Part shown: in pieces, positions 9,128 to 17,345 of the stretch | Numbering within the stretch: position 1 is the first letter of the stretch | How the letters are laid out: each line of letters starts with the position of its first letter | NCBI GenBank assembly: GCA_043811275.1 | Contig: JBDRNG010000039.1 | Location: 1-39,697 of the forward strand | Reading direction: 5' to 3' | Length of the DNA stretch: 39,697 nucleotides | DNA from: Candidatus Falkowbacteria bacterium | GTDB taxonomy: Bacteria > Patescibacteriota > Patescibacteriia > Patescibacteriales > XYC2-FULL-47-12 | The notes under the pieces: model-generated | Database searches by the model: none | Told to the model about the DNA's origin: nothing | Seen by the model: only the letters and a program-made list of their open reading frames with translations | Program-made: the position numbers and the translations under genes

Positions 9128-9484
9128 TTAACTAATTTTTAATCGCTTTATCATTTCTTTACGTAATTTATTTTTAGGCAGCATATTCCAAACAGCTTTG
9201 CGTAAAACTTCGGTTGGATTCTTTTCAAAAAATTCATTTAATTTTGTAGTTTTTAAACTACCCGGATAACCAGAATGACGATAATATTCTTTTTGATCTA
9301 ATTTTTTTCCAGTAAATTTTGCTTGTTTAATATTTTTTACTTCTACCTCGTCGCCTATATCAATATTTAACTGGAATTCTGGTTTATGTTTTCCACGCAA
9401 AAGACCAGCAATTTCAGTAGCCATTCGGCCAATTGCTTTGTCAGTCGCATCTATTTTATGTAATTGTCGTTCTGTCTTATTCAT
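9128..9484 (-). CDS. rplM: 50S ribosomal protein L13 (short form)
   Basis: IDA..GRMA..LRGKHKP, YYRHSGYPG and MLPKNKL. Confidence 0.97.
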   Translation of the reverse strand: MNKTERQLHKIDATDKAIGRMATEIAGLLRGKHKPEFQLNIDIGDEVEVKNIKQAKFTGKKLDQKEYYRHSGYPGSLKTTKLNEFFEKNPTEVLRKAVWNMLPKNKLRKEMIKRLKIS

Positions 9485-9485
9485 A

Positions 9486-9681
9486 GTTCAAGTTATTTTT
9501 TACGGATTTACACTGTTATCAAACCATTAATTCGAATATATTGTACGGATTAAACCAGACGTGCAACTATCCGAATACCACAAATTCTGCATTCGGAGCA
9601 TTCGGATAATCGCGCGAAAATATAGATATATATACATCATATTCGGATTAAGGGATTGCAAATGATTTAATCCCGCACAAA
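9486..9681 (-). repeat. Rod-like structured element, copy 1, filling the rplQ-rplM spacer
   Basis: Nested stems (ATCCGAAT/ATTCGGAT) with G-U pairs on the minus strand. Homologous to 13110-13358 and 27005-27335. Confidence 0.75.
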
Positions 9682-9688
9682 GATACTT

Positions 9689-10039
9689 CTACACTAATTC
9701 TATCTGCACAACTTTTGCGCCATCGCCCTGTCTTGTCCCTAGTTTCACTATTCTAGTATAACCACTTTTTCTATCTTTATATTTTTCTCCTAAAACTTCC
9801 ATTAATTTTTTAACAGCCATTTTTTGTGGCAATTTTTCTAATAATTTACGTCGCGCATTTAAATCACCTTTTTTACTAATAGTAATCAATTTATCAACCA
9901 ACGATCTGACTACTTTTGCTTTGGCTTCAGTAGTAGTTACCTTTTCATAAATAATAATACTGGATGCTAGATTTCTTAGCATCATTTCTCTGGGCTGTTT
10001 TTTTCTATCTAAAATTTTTGTCTTAATTCTGTGACGCAT
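9689..10039 (-). CDS. rplQ: 50S ribosomal protein L17
   Basis: MRHR start at 10039, TTEAKAK and GYTRIVKLG.RQGDGA. Confidence 0.97.
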   Translation of the reverse strand: MRHRIKTKILDRKKQPREMMLRNLASSIIIYEKVTTTEAKAKVVRSLVDKLITISKKGDLNARRKLLEKLPQKMAVKKLMEVLGEKYKDRKSGYTRIVKLGTRQGDGAKVVQIELV

Positions 10040-10064
10040 ATTTTTAAATAAATAATTTAACAAT

Positions 10065-10886
10065 TTATTTTTCCTCATCTTCTTTGTCTGTAATAGATTC
10101 ATCGTCAGCGGATTCATCATCTTCTTCTTCCTGTTTCTTCTTTTTTTTGTCAGATTTCTTTTTCTTAGATTTATCAGCAGGTGCTTCAGCTGATTGTTCT
10201 AATAGAAAAGAAAATTGTTCAACTAAAATTTTAGTTACTTCTTGAAGTGCTTCTTTAAAATCAATAGTGCCGTCTGTTTTAATATCGATGACCAATTTGT
10301 CCCAGTTAGTCATTTTACCAACGCGTACATTTTCTATTTCAACTTTAACAACTTTGACCGAACTGAAAACAGCGTCTATATCAATATAACCAACTTCTTT
10401 TTCCTGATGTTCACGGCCTTCAATTGGAAGATAGCCATAGCCGTGCATAATAAATATTTCTAATTCAACTTCTGTTTTCTTATCAGTTATTTCTAAAATA
10501 TGTAAATCTTTACTGGCAACTTCCACCTTACTGTTTTTAGTAATATCATCGGCAGTAACTTTTTTAATACCAGATACTTTTAATTCTAATTTTATTACTT
10601 CATTTTCTGTTGGTTTAAAAACTTTCAGACGCAATTGCTTTAAATTTAAAATGATTTCCAACACATCTTCTTTTACACCATCAATAGTGGTAAACTCATG
10701 GCTGGCATTTTTAATTTTAACGCCGATTACAGCCGCGCCTGGCAATGAAGATAATAATACTCGGCGGATACCGTTGCCTAAAGTAGTGCCATAGCCAGGA
10801 TAGCATGGTTCAATTACCACCTGTCCACTATTTTTTTCTTTACTGGGCGTAAAGGTAACTTTTTTTGGTAAAACTATATTATTCAT
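10065..10886 (-). CDS. rpoA: RNA polymerase alpha subunit, NTD only with a charged tail
   Basis: GYGTTLGNGIRRVLLSSLPG, HEF..GVKEDV.EIILNLK and VENVRVG-like motifs, located between rpsD and rplQ. Confidence 0.97.
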   Translation of the reverse strand: MNNIVLPKKVTFTPSKEKNSGQVVIEPCYPGYGTTLGNGIRRVLLSSLPGAAVIGVKIKNASHEFTTIDGVKEDVLEIILNLKQLRLKVFKPTENEVIKLELKVSGIKKVTADDITKNSKVEVASKDLHILEITDKKTEVELEIFIMHGYGYLPIEGREHQEKEVGYIDIDAVFSSVKVVKVEIENVRVGKMTNWDKLVIDIKTDGTIDFKEALQEVTKILVEQFSFLLEQSAEAPADKSKKKKSDKKKKKQEEEDDESADDESITDKEDEEK

Positions 10887-10923
10887 ATAAAAATATTTAA
10901 TAAATTATGAAATAATTGCAAAA

Positions 10924-11529
10924 CTATCTGCGAGAATAATATTCAACTATTGCTTGCGTATCTATATTTCTTTCTACTTCATCTTTACTAGGGACGTGTA
11001 ATACTTTGCTTTCCATTTTTTTGGCGTCAAAATTAAGCCAGCCCGGCAAAATTTCTGCTTTCGTGCCTAATTGTAAATTTTTAAAATACTTTTTATTTTC
11101 CTTCCCTTTATGTAAAGTCATCACATCGCCTTTGGTAACTCTATAGGAAGGAATATTAACTTTTTTATTATTTAATAGAAAATGTCCATGATTAACTAAC
11201 TGTCTTGCTTGCGCGCGAGTTTCAGCAATTCCTAAACGATAAACTACGTTATCAAAACGCATCTCTAAAATTTTTAATAAATTTTGGCCGGCATCGCCTT
11301 CTACCTTAGTCGCCCGATCAAAAGTTAATCGGAATTGTTTTTCGGTAATATTATAAATTACTTTGGCTTTCTGCTTTTCCGCTAATTGCAAGGCGTATTC
11401 AGTTAAACGCAAACGCCCCTTGGGTCCTTGGACTCCAGGAGGATAATTACGACGGGCAACCGGACATTTGGCTGATTGACATAATTTTATGCCATAACGG
11501 CGACATGATTTGTGTGAATATCTTTTCAT
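10924..11529 (-). CDS. rpsD: 30S ribosomal protein S4
   Basis: EYALQLAEKQK, LEMRFDNVVYRLG, ARQLVNHGH and IVEYYSR. Confidence 0.98.
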   Translation of the reverse strand: MKRYSHKSCRRYGIKLCQSAKCPVARRNYPPGVQGPKGRLRLTEYALQLAEKQKAKVIYNITEKQFRLTFDRATKVEGDAGQNLLKILEMRFDNVVYRLGIAETRAQARQLVNHGHFLLNNKKVNIPSYRVTKGDVMTLHKGKENKKYFKNLQLGTKAEILPGWLNFDAKKMESKVLHVPSKDEVERNIDTQAIVEYYSRR

Positions 11530-11604
11530 TGTATCTTTTTGTTATATAATTTTTGTTTAAAACTTTGCTATTATTCAAAATTTTGCGATTAACTCACTAT
11601 TTAC

Positions 11605-11902
11605 TCACTACTAATTACTAATCCCGAGTACTCGGGACTAATATACCAAAATTCGTTGTCTCGTTGCTTAGAAATTGTTATAATTAGAAATTTGTTGCTT
11701 CGAAATTCGAAATTAGCCCGCCCGCCTAACTGCGTTAGCAGGCTGGGCAGGTAATAGAAATTAGAAAATCGAAATTCGTATTTTTCTAATTTCCAATTTC
11801 GATTTTCTATTACCGCGCCCGACTGACGCCGTCAGCGTTCGGGCGAGCGATTTTCTAATTTCGTGACAACTAATTTCTAAAATTGGTATATTAGTAATTG
11901 GC
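11605..11902. repeat. Nested hairpin complex between rpsK and rpsD
   Basis: Outer TTACTAAT..ATACCAA / TTGGTATATTAGTAA arms, inner 7-mer (AGAAATT/CGAAATT) arrays in inverted orientation, and three GC-rich palindromes inserted. Confidence 0.8.
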
Positions 11903-11909
11903 AGGACCA

Positions 11910-12431
11910 TTAGACTCTTCGTGGTTTACGTGACCGACAGCCATTGTGAGGAATCGGCGTTATATCTTTAATAGAAATAATATTAATTCCATTGGCATTT
12001 AAAGCTCTGACAGCTGATTCGCGTCCAGTGCCTACGCCTTTTACAAATACAGCTACTTCTTTTAGGCCGTGCTCTTTAGCTTTTTCTACCGCTTTTTTAG
12101 TAATGATCTGCGAAGCATAAGGAGTGGCTTTTTTTGCTCCTTTAAAACCGCAACTACCAGCGCTAGCCCAAGAAAGCACATTACCGTTCTGATCTGATAA
12201 AGTTACAATGGTATTATTATAGGTGGCTTTAATATTAGCTCGACCAACTGATATATTCTTTTTTTCTTTTTTCTTTTTCTTGCTTTTTGTTTTTCTAATT
12301 TTTTTATTTTCAATTTCTTGCTCATCAATCCCGCTCAACGGGACTGTTTTATCTTTTTCATTAACAACCACTCCTGCTTTAACTTCAGAGACTTCATCTT
12401 TTTTTGTTTTTTCTTTTTTTTCTGCAATCAT
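11910..12431 (-). CDS. rpsK: 30S ribosomal protein S11 with charged N-terminal extension
   Basis: [21 protein letters not shown] and [11 protein letters not shown]. Confidence 0.98.
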   Translation of the reverse strand: MIAEKKEKTKKDEVSEVKAGVVVNEKDKTVPLSGIDEQEIENKKIRKTKSKKKKKEKKNISVGRANIKATYNNTIVTLSDQNGNVLSWASAGSCGFKGAKKATPYASQIITKKAVEKAKEHGLKEVAVFVKGVGTGRESAVRALNANGINIISIKDITPIPHNGCRSRKPRRV

Positions 12432-12507
12432 AATAATTCATTATTAGCTCCCTTTCCATCAGGGAGAGGGTTGCCTGCCCCGTCGGATGACGGAAGGGTG
12501 AAGGAAT

Positions 12508-12900
12508 TTAAGTTTTTTGCGCTGTTGCCTTCTTACCTGAAGTAGCAGTCTTTCTAATATTACCGCGCACTGTGCGTGAATTTGTTTTAGTTCTTTGTCC
12601 GCGCACTGGCAACCCCTTAGTATGCCTTAATCCTCGGTAACAATTTATTTCTTTTAATCTTTTTATATTACTAGAAACTTCTCGACGCAAATCACCTTCT
12701 ACTGTATATTCTTTTTCAATAATAGTACGCAATGTATTCACTTCATCTTCTGCTAAATCTTTTACACGAGTATCAGGATTTATTTTTGTTTTTGCTAAAA
12801 TTTTATTAGACACGCTTCTGCCCACACCAAAAACATAGGTTAAAGCAATTTCAACCCGTTTTTCATTTGGAATAGTTGTGCCTGCAATTCTAACTGCCAT
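12508..12900 (-). CDS. rpsM: 30S ribosomal protein S13
   Basis: [26 protein letters not shown]. Confidence 0.98.
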   Translation of the reverse strand: MAVRIAGTTIPNEKRVEIALTYVFGVGRSVSNKILAKTKINPDTRVKDLAEDEVNTLRTIIEKEYTVEGDLRREVSSNIKRLKEINCYRGLRHTKGLPVRGQRTKTNSRTVRGNIRKTATSGKKATAQKT

Positions 12901-12994
12901 ACTTTATTACATTTAACATCTGACAAATAATGTTAATCAACTGTCAAATGTCGCACTTTGCGCATTACTTGTAGTCCGTAGCTTTAGCGAAGGA

Positions 12995-13108
12995 CTATCC
13001 TTGTCTTTGTTTATGTTTAGGATTTTTACATATAACATGCACCCGCTTTTCACGGCGGATAATCTTGCAATCTTTACAAATTTTTTTTACTGACGATCTT
13101 ACTTTCAT
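12995..13108 (-). CDS. rpmJ: 50S ribosomal protein L36, zinc-binding type (absent from ORF track)
   Basis: Manual translation [37 protein letters not shown]. Confidence 0.97.
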   Translation of the reverse strand: MKVRSSVKKICKDCKIIRREKRVHVICKNPKHKQRQG

Positions 13109-13109
13109 A

Positions 13110-13358
13110 TGTTCAAGTTATTTTGTGCGGATTTATTAGCATATTAAACCATTAATCCGAATACTTCGTGTCTATTTAGAATTTCCTGCAACTATCCGAA
13201 TACCACGAATTCTATATATCCAAATTTGTAGTAAACATCTGGGGCATTTTTACCCCCAAAGCTTTAGCGTAGGGCGGGCACGTAGTTGCATGAAAGTATA
13301 GAGATGCACAGCTCATTCGGATTAAACGATCATCTATATTAATAAGTCCGTACATATT
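13110..13358 (-). repeat. Rod-like structured element, copy 2, filling the infA-rpmJ spacer
   Basis: Shares GTTCAAGTTATTTT..CGGATTTA..AAACCATTAAT.CGAATA..TGCAACTATCCGAATACCAC with copy 1. Confidence 0.8.
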
Positions 13359-13368
13359 TAAACTAATG

Positions 13369-13623
13369 TTACATTCTATAAGTAATTCGTCCCTTACTTA
13401 AATCATAGGGGCTCATGTCAATTTTTACCTTATCTCCCGGCAAAATCTTAATTTTATACATTCTCATTTTACCTGATAAATGGCATAAAATTTCGTGTCC
13501 ATTTTCTAAACGCACTAAAAAAGTAGCACCAGGCTTTAATTCTAATACCTCTCCTTGTGCTTCTATGAAATCTTTAGCATTAATAACTGCTTCCTGCTCC
13601 TTATTATTCTTTTTTTGAGTCAT
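13369..13623 (-). CDS. infA: Translation initiation factor IF-1
   Basis: [27 protein letters not shown]...[13 protein letters not shown]. Confidence 0.98.
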   Translation of the reverse strand: MTQKKNNKEQEAVINAKDFIEAQGEVLELKPGATFLVRLENGHEILCHLSGKMRMYKIKILPGDKVKIDMSPYDLSKGRITYRM

Positions 13624-13751
13624 TAATATATCTTTGATAACTTAAAAAAATCCTACTTAGTTCTTCTTCTTAAAAAAACCCGTAGAATTCTTAAAAAAAC
13701 TTAATATTTTGTATTTGTGTATATTTGTGTATAAATGTATAATGTAGAATT

Positions 13752-13780
13752 ATTATATATTTTATTGAAAAAAGTGTCAA
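13752..13780 (-). promoter_or_regulatory. Consensus sigma70 promoter of the infA-rpsI operon
   Basis: Minus strand TTGACA, 17 bp, TATAAT. Confidence 0.85.
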
Positions 13781-13928
13781 GTGCGGGTGAAATATGTACA
13801 GAATATTTGATTTTCTGATAGTCTTTAGTATAAAAAAGCAACTTTTTCTGAAAAGATGCCTTGAAAAGATGCCTTTTTATTGCCTTGATTAACAAAACTA
13901 CTTATTTTTTTATCTCTGATACTATCTT

Positions 13929-14058
13929 TTTTGTCATCCTGAGTGTAGCGCCTGCTCGCCTTGGGGGGGGAGCGAAACGAAGGATCTATTTGTGTATTAT
14001 ACAAATAGATTCTTCATCCCAATTCCGTTTCACTGCATCGGGATTCAGAATGACAAAA
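13929..14058. repeat. REP-like element of the TGTCAT(C/T)CTGA...TCAGAATGACA family
   Basis: Terminal inverted repeat with inner GAAGGATCT/AGATTCTTC stem. Relatives at 36048-36225 and a half copy at 71-126. Confidence 0.8.
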
Positions 14059-14081
14059 ATAAAGTATATTACTTAAAATGT

Positions 14082-16511
14082 TTACATACTCCCCAACTTC
14101 TGCAAAATCACATCTTTAGTCGCTTGATCCGGAATAACATCCACTAATCTTCTATAATATTCCTTGGCTTTGCTTTTCTCTCCTAATGTTTCATACATCA
14201 TAGCTAAACTATAAATAGCATTGGCGTGATTTGGACTTACTTTTAGAATTGAATTAAAAACTGTTTCGGCTTTAATTAAATCATTATTTTTTTGCGCAGT
14301 TCCTGCCTTTCCGGCTACGCTTAAATCTTCCTCCTCTACCGCATCATCATAATCTTCGTTAGAAGTAATTTCAGTGGTTTGTTGCTGGGTTAAGCTTTGT
14401 CCACTAACTCCTTTATTAAAATATAATCTGCCTAACTCAAAACGATAGTCTATGCTATTAGGAGCCGCTACAACAGCGTTGCTAAGATTTTCAATCGCTT
14501 TATCAAAATCGCCCTTGCGTTCATAGACGATAGCGATACCATAGTAAGCTGGGGCTAAATTAGGTTTTTTCTTAATAGCCTGTTCATAATATTTAATGGC
14601 TTCATCATAAAAATATTGTTTTTCTTCATCAGCTTCTTCCTGATTTGATTGCGCCATTTTCACTAGTGCTAATCTGATGTAAGGAGTTGGGCTATCCGGC
14701 TCTAAAGAAACAACTTCATTATAATACTTTTCCGCCCATTCTAATGATCCGCCAATTCCATAAACAGCGGCATTCTCATAAATTAAGGCCAGTGACTCAT
14801 TATTAACGGCGCTGTTAGGCGCTAGATCCACTGCTTGTTTGCCAGTGTTAATGGCAGAACTTATTAATTGCTGGATTAAAGCAACATCAGCCTTTTGACC
14901 TAGTGCTACTTCTTGATTGGCTCGCATTAAATAAAGTTTAGATAACTGCAAATAGTACTGATCATTTTTATTAAAAGTAACTATTGCTCTATTTAAATCA
15001 GCAATCGCTTCTTCAACATTTTCTCTTTTATTTATTTTATTAGCGTAAAAATCAGCTAGATATACCTTGAACCCACTAGTGAAAAGCATTACTACTCCAG
15101 CGCTAACTAATAAAAATAAGGCTGATAGCGCTAAAGCATATTTAGGAGATGATCTAAATGATAAAACTATTTCTTTAAATTTTTCTGGATAATTATCTAT
15201 TATTAACGCTGTTGCCAATGATCCTAATATTACAATTTCTAAAATAATAACACCTGAGACAGCGCTTATTAAAGCATTAATAATTAAAACCGCTACGCTG
15301 GAAAAAATTCCCAAAAGCAATAATCTTTCCTTATTATCACCTGCTTTCATTAAACTGATAAAAGCAATGCTGATAAAAATCAAACCAACAATCAACAGAC
15401 TGAAGGCGCCGAGTATGCCGATAGTTACTAACATTTCAAAAAAATTTCCGCTAGCTGTGTCAAAACGAACTGTCCATAAATTACTGTCATTAAAATCAGT
15501 GCCACGATATTTGGCAAAAGCATAATTAAAAGTTGCCGGTCCACTACCGAATAAAGGACTATTTTTTAAACTATCTTTAGCAATATTCCAAGATAAACTA
15601 CGTGATAAACTTACTTCGGTCGGCAATTGCACGTTAATTAAATTAAAATTGCCACCGACTAATAAAAAAATAAGAAATAAAAAAACCGCTACGGGAGCAA
15701 ACATGTCTTTTTGCTTTAAAGTAATAACTTGTGACAAGGTAAACATTAAAACAATGATGACGCCTAAAATTGCGGCTGGCCAAAAAATAAAATTATTTAA
15801 TAAGAAAAGAAGCGCTAAAGAAGTTAATATTAATAAAATAACAACCACTCGCAAAATAATATTTATTACTTTTTTAACAACTGAGCTGGCTTTACTCATT
15901 ATTAATACTGGAGCGATGATTGTTAAAAATGGAAGAATGGACGCAATAAATACCCCTAGCGATGATGAACTGCCAATTGGATTAAAGGAAACTGTTTTAG
16001 TAGCGGCAAAAGGAAGGATGAAAATTCCGAAAATTTGCAGAGTAGAATAAATAATAATTAAAGCAAAAGAACTTAACAGCGCCCAAGTAAATAATTTAAT
16101 TCTTTTCGGCGTAATATTATTAACTAACAAATAATAAAAAGCTATATAAGCAATAAAGGCGATAAAGCTTTTAGTAGTCGCGCCAAAAAATCCTAAAAAA
16201 CTACCTCCTTTATCAACTGAAAAAATTGAAGAAACTAATAGGATAATTGTTAAAACCGCTAAAGCTATATCCAAAGGCGTTCGCTTTACCCGCAATTCTC
16301 CGGTAGCAACGCCTTTAGTAACCCAAGCCACTAAACCAAATAGAATGAGTAGATAAAATAAGATTACTTTTTCAAAAACAATACCCTGTGAAACTAAACC
16401 AGTAAAAAACAAGGGAATTAGTAAAAAAATTAAAAAATTAACAGCGGTGATAATAAAATCACATAATTTAATAAGGCTATTTTTCTCCTTAATTAATACT
16501 TCTTTAGGCAT
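14082..16511 (-). CDS. O-antigen ligase-like polytopic membrane protein with C-terminal TPR repeats
   Basis: Many TM segments, PLFGSGPATF loop, EMLVTIGILG, and TPR patterns (AIKKKPNLAPAYYGIA). Confidence 0.8.
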   Translation of the reverse strand: MPKEVLIKEKNSLIKLCDFIITAVNFLIFLLIPLFFTGLVSQGIVFEKVILFYLLILFGLVAWVTKGVATGELRVKRTPLDIALAVLTIILLVSSIFSVDKGGSFLGFFGATTKSFIAFIAYIAFYYLLVNNITPKRIKLFTWALLSSFALIIIYSTLQIFGIFILPFAATKTVSFNPIGSSSSLGVFIASILPFLTIIAPVLIMSKASSVVKKVINIILRVVVILLILTSLALLFLLNNFIFWPAAILGVIIVLMFTLSQVITLKQKDMFAPVAVFLFLIFLLVGGNFNLINVQLPTEVSLSRSLSWNIAKDSLKNSPLFGSGPATFNYAFAKYRGTDFNDSNLWTVRFDTASGNFFEMLVTIGILGAFSLLIVGLIFISIAFISLMKAGDNKERLLLLGIFSSVAVLIINALISAVSGVIILEIVILGSLATALIIDNYPEKFKEIVLSFRSSPKYALALSALFLLVSAGVVMLFTSGFKVYLADFYANKINKRENVEEAIADLNRAIVTFNKNDQYYLQLSKLYLMRANQEVALGQKADVALIQQLISSAINTGKQAVDLAPNSAVNNESLALIYENAAVYGIGGSLEWAEKYYNEVVSLEPDSPTPYIRLALVKMAQSNQEEADEEKQYFYDEAIKYYEQAIKKKPNLAPAYYGIAIVYERKGDFDKAIENLSNAVVAAPNSIDYRFELGRLYFNKGVSGQSLTQQQTTEITSNEDYDDAVEEEDLSVAGKAGTAQKNNDLIKAETVFNSILKVSPNHANAIYSLAMMYETLGEKSKAKEYYRRLVDVIPDQATKDVILQKLGSM

Positions 16512-16524
16512 ATATTTTAAACAA

Positions 16525-16879
16525 TTATTTTATTAATGGTTTTATTAATTTTTTTAATTTTGGTAGATCATTTTGGCATGTTTTCCATACTATTTCAAAG
16601 TCAACTTCAATATATTGATGAATAATAAAATTACGCATTGCAATAATATCGCGAAATTCAATTTCAAAATTTTTACTTTTAAAACTTTCGCTTAAATTAT
16701 TAATGGCTTCTAATGGCTTCGCCGATTGTGATTAGTTCTCTTTCTACGGCATCTTTAACTAAATCATTTTTTTTAAATTTTTTATAATCAAAGCCATTTA
16801 AATATTTCTTTATTTTATTAATAGCACCCCATATATGATTTAAATATTCAGTGTCATTTTTTGGTTTATTTATTTTCAT
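16525..16879 (-). pseudogene. HEPN (DUF86/HepT-like) toxin frameshifted by a 10-bp tandem duplication
   Basis: Removing one TAATGGCTTC copy (16701-16720) restores a 114-aa ORF with DAVERELITIGEA and the RNFIIHQY motif. It overlaps the MNT stop. Confidence 0.85.
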
Positions 16880-17174
16880 ATATTTTTTGCGCTTTTTTAA
16901 TTACCGACGATCTAAAAAATCGACTGATTGCCCGAGGAGTCAATAAATCTACTGGTTTGTCTATACTTTTAGAAAAATTTCTTTGAATATGGGATAATTC
17001 GAAATAACCAATGGACGCATTTTTTTTAAACTCAATCAAAATATCCACATCGCTTTTTGGATGTGGTTTTCCATAGGCGTAAGAGCCAAAGATGGACACT
17101 CTTTTAATATCTTTTTTATGAGGACTTTTTTCTATAGCTTGTTTAATTTTTTTCTTAATTTCTGTTTTATTCAT
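16866..17174 (-). CDS. Minimal nucleotidyltransferase (MNT/MntA-like antitoxin)
   Basis: IFGSYAYG...SDVDILIEF and VDLLT motifs, upstream of the HEPN gene. Confidence 0.9.
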   Translation of the reverse strand: MNKTEIKKKIKQAIEKSPHKKDIKRVSIFGSYAYGKPHPKSDVDILIEFKKNASIGYFELSHIQRNFSKSIDKPVDLLTPRAISRFFRSSVIKKAQKIYENK

Positions 17175-17267
17175 AATTAATATAAAACTTATTTAGAGTT
17201 GTTCACAAATACATACTAAAATATATAAATTCTTAACATAATTACTATACCATATTTTTATTAATGC

Positions 17268-17306
17268 AACAAAAAACAGCCTCAAATACTTGAAACTGTT
17301 TTTGTT
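17268..17306. terminator. Probable terminator hairpin
   Basis: AAAAACAG..TCAA/TTGA..CTGTTTTT inverted repeat downstream of 17346..19511. Confidence 0.55.
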
Positions 17307-17345
17307 AATTAATATTTTTTACTTCTTAATTCTTAATTCTAATTT

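Noticed and set aside
10040-10120. N-terminal extension of RplQ overlapping rpoA
   Set aside because: The canonical MRHR start is at 10039.
13701-14076. ORFs 13701..13895 and 13861..14076
   Set aside because: They overlap the infA promoter and a REP-like element and are probably spurious.
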